DNA of 64,000 nucleotides from Lepidodermella squamata (Eukaryota; Animalia; Gastrotricha): NCBI GenBank assembly GCA_047495785.1, contig JBLDXI010000013.1, positions 3,286,001 to 3,350,000 of the forward strand, read 5' to 3'. Shown piece by piece: positions 60,758 to 64,000 of this stretch (position 1 is its first letter; each line of letters starts with the position of its first letter). The notes under the pieces were generated by a model. It saw only the letters and a program-made list of their open reading frames with translations, ran no database searches and was not told where the DNA came from. The position numbers and the translations under genes were made by a program.

Positions 60758-61207
60758 GAATCGATAACTCAAAGGAGGCGCACACGGGTGAAGCTCGCAA
60801 TTGGTCACAAAAAATGAGATAATTATGTAAATAATCGAAATGACTGTGATTGTGATGAGCGAAGTATTGCCCTTTTATGATACTCAGTAATATACAAAAA
60901 ATAACATAATTTTAGATGTAGGCTGGAGAGAAACAAATTGGAGCCGAAACTGCATGTTGTCCCTTTGCGTTACATCAATAAAATCTGAAAATTAGGTTAA
61001 TTTGATGAGGTTTTAATTATAATACTCATAATATATTTTCAGTACGAGAATAAAAAATAATAATTTGAGGAAAATTTCCTGTTATTAAAACAAAAAATCC
61101 AGCTTAAAATTCGCAAATTGCGACTTCGTTCAAAAAATTCAATTTTGCGCCATTTTCTCGGATTTTGTTTCAAAACTCACTGGAATTTTTGTTGTTGGAA
61201 GTCAACC

Positions 61208-63013
61208 ATGGCGCCATCCAGAAAAACTCGATCGCGATCTACCTCTAAGATGAGCGACTCATCTACAGCGATGCAAACTCGGTCACGTGCAACTAAGGCC
61301 GCTCAAGGCGACGTGCCAGACGCAGAGCTTGAAACGCCCATGCCTAGTGATGCAGCGCCAATTACACCCAAAAAGGCACCGGCTCGACGCCGTTCAGCCT
61401 CAGCTACTGCGAGGAAGCCGGCAGCCAGGCGATCTCGTTCTAAGGCTGTAGTCGAAGAAAACGCTGAAGAGGTGATTGAAAACGTGCCCGAGGAAGTTGA
61501 AACTCCAGCCTCGGCGAAGCGGAAAACGCCGGTGAAGCGGCAAGCCCGGGCGAAATCAGTCAACCGTGTCGAAAGGTCAATTTCGCTGTCTACGCCTGGG
61601 TTCGGCAAAATTTCGCTCAATATCGAATTGATGGTCGAAAACTTTGGAGAGGGTTCAGCAAAGAAGTAAATTTTCAAAATTTACCACCAATTATAATGAA
61701 TTGCCATTTTTGAAGGACCACGAAACGTGCTACTACAGCTGCCAAGGCAAAGCGAGCGCCACGAGCGAAATCCGCGTAAGCTCATTAATCTGTGATTTCA
61801 TTCATTTTTTAAGCCGATGCTGAAATTTGAAATTTTAAGATCCTCAGCGGCGCCTGCTGTGAAGAAGGCTACCAAAGCGGCTTCGAAGAAGCGAGCTCCT
61901 AGGAAAGCTGCAGCTCTTAAAGTTAGCGGACCTTCGACGCCTCCTTCAGCTAAATCTCCAGCTATCGGCGAATTTGAATATCAGGATGAAATCTTTGACG
62001 ACTACCGGCCTCATTCCGATACTGAAGAAGAATACTTCGAACCCGTCGCTCGTAGACAGGTTCGCTTCCGACGAGACTTTCGCCACCATTCACCCGAGAG
62101 GGTGATTGAAGATCCGCGCGACCGGTTGATCCAAGAACCCGACTCGCCCTTGATGTCGGAAGATAGCGAAGATCTCGAATACATGTTACGCCCGAACAGT
62201 TTGCCGTTCTTCACGCCGAGAGGCGCTTCGTCACCGCAATCTCAATCAGACAGTGAAGCCAGTCGAAATATTCCGTTTTATCAAGATTCGCCAATCTCGG
62301 AACCTTCCGAACACTACAACGACCCTTCGCCCATTTCCGAGGCTTCCGACTACGACGATGCACTTTTCGGCAATTATCAACACGGAAATCAACAGCATTA
62401 CGCGGATGAACCCTCGCCGATTTCTGAAGATGGGTATGATGGTCGTTATTCGAGAGTGGAACAAGATCTTTACACGCCTAGCGCCTCTGAAGATAACAAC
62501 CCTAACTGGATGAATGATGCTGTTCTGTCTGAAAATGAAAAAGAAACTACGGTTGATTGGATGCAGCAGCGCCGTGAGCCTGATGAAGCTTCTATCACTT
62601 CCGGAGATTCTAGGGCAAACCATGGCTTGCCGCAAAGTCGTAGATCTTCATTGGTCCAGGCCACGATTTCTCCCCCACTTTCGCCTATTGAGTCAGAAAT
62701 TAGTGGTAGAAATACGACTGCTGCTGCAACTGGCTATTCAAGCGAGGTCTCAACGCCGATGAGTGAATTGACGGATATTTCAGTTGTTTCTTCGGCTGGC
62801 ACCGACGTTGAGCGGGGCTGGTCTCGCTACACGCGGATGGGCATCCAATTCATGAATGCAGTGCGTAATGTGTTCAGCGAAACCGATTGGCGGCAGTTCT
62901 TGACTGGGCATCCTGAAATCCGTGACCGGCCTGAAAACACTCAGCCTGAATCTGTGATTGCGGCGGCTCTCCAGGAAGATGAAAACAGGTCCATGGCTTT
63001 GATTCCGCAATAA
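61208..63013 (+). CDS. Disordered protein with K/R/A-rich (H1-like) N-half and acidic SPISE-repeat C-half
   Basis: Exons 61208-61665, 61716-61775 and 61840-63013 join in frame. Confidence 0.75.
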
Positions 63014-63484
63014 AATTACGAAAAAACTGGTTGTTATTGAAGTATACTCATAGAATAAGTAAAAACTCGTTAGATTTTTTGTATGGGATGTTGCGTTTTA
63101 CTGTTTTTAATCACTTATTCGTAATTTTCAGCACAATATCAGAGTTCTGGGAGATTAAAAGAAAATTCAGCCTGTTCTAAACACTACCAAGTTGTTATCG
63201 GTACATGCAGGTCGCTGCGTAGCCATATTATTAGTTTGACCTATATAATGCGTTGATGACCTGCAATGCCTGCGACTGACCTGCGATTGTTGAGACCTTC
63301 GTTTTATTACTTTTTACGGATGAGACCCATAATATAGGCAACTAATAATTTGAGGTCATTACAACGATAATAACAAAGCGAATGTGACTTCCGTCTGCGC
63401 GATAGCGTGTAATCGACTTAGGAAGATCGAATGACACGTAGGTATGGAAAGTTCAAATTGCCTGAATTTTTCTCGTTTCAAATG

Positions 63485-64000
63485 TTATGACTTGCTGGTT
63501 GCAGCCATCACAGCAGAAGTTATTAAAGTGAGCATCAATCCTATAGCTGCCATCGCTATCCGCTGCGAGGAAGTTCGTTCGCCAAGTACGAACATCACGA
63601 GCAACCCTCCAAGTAGCAAGCAGGCTGAATTCGCCACTACCCACCTTTTGAAATGCACTTTATATGTTGCGCAGTGATGTCGGAAATCAGCTCTTTTAGT
63701 AATTTGATAGGCTGCCGCTGCTCCAAATAGCAAAATGACGAGGTGGAACAGAGCAATTGACAACGTCCAAATCGTTATAGATCCTATTTCAGAAACACAG
63801 GTGAACTGCCACGTTTCGAGAAAGACGTCATCATCCGCGTTGTCAACAGTCCTAACGAGACGAGAATAGCAGGTAACTCCGTCAAAGCCAGCTAACCAAA
63901 TCGCTAAAATCGCGGCGTTTATAATTAAAAAAATAAATACAAGTAGACCTGTTGTTCGATCAACATTTTTGAGAGAGGATTCCTCATTTTCCTCAATCGC
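63485..64000 (-). CDS. 3' part of a class C (GABA-B-like) 7TM receptor-like gene
   Basis: TWQFTCVSE..TIWTLSIALFHLVILLFGAAAAYQIT resembles ECL2-TM5 of GABA-B-type receptors; two further TM helices follow; the true C-terminus is uncertain. Confidence 0.5.
   Translation of the reverse strand, partial: AIEENEESSLKNVDRTTGLLVFIFLIINAAILAIWLAGFDGVTCYSRLVRTVDNADDDVFLETWQFTCVSEIGSITIWTLSIALFHLVILLFGAAAAYQITKRADFRHHCATYKVHFKRWVVANSACLLLGGLLVMFVLGERTSSQRIAMAAIGLMLTLITSAVMAATSKS

Noticed and set aside
1-64000. CRISPR arrays, tRNA/rRNA genes, intact transposase or reverse transcriptase ORFs
   Set aside because: None seen; the sequence is eukaryotic with spliceosomal introns.

Overview
Eukaryotic (invertebrate animal) genomic DNA from a very compact, intron-poor genome; most introns are 50-60 nt and the organism cannot be named from sequence alone. 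About 30 protein-coding genes can be reconstructed by hand: SF3B2 (runs off the left edge), two RNF5/RNF185-like RING-TM paralogs, two paralogs of an unknown family, two single-Ig membrane proteins flanking HSF, ASNA1/GET3, SAC1, CDK4/6-like, SOWAH, DYNLRB, SEC24C/D, PPP1R16, HS6ST, EED, RPL14, HSDL1-like, EXOSC4, a cluster of six small secreted precursors (mostly Gly/Tyr-rich), a secreted P/T-rich protein, an NK homeobox gene, two collagen-C1q genes, a basic/acidic disordered protein and a partial class C GPCR-like gene. The main structural signal is operon-like organisation: in runs of co-oriented genes a poly(A) hexamer is followed about 35-55 nt later by an apparently unpaired 3' splice site just upstream of the next gene, which suggests polycistronic transcription resolved by spliced-leader trans-splicing. 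The most novel candidate system is a six-cistron minus-strand unit (52781-49794) behind a single TATA box. It encodes predicted convertase-processed secreted peptides, one resembling nematode NLP-29-type antimicrobial peptides, and its last cistron lacks its own ATG. Exon boundaries and family calls were made by eye; the operon model is inference.
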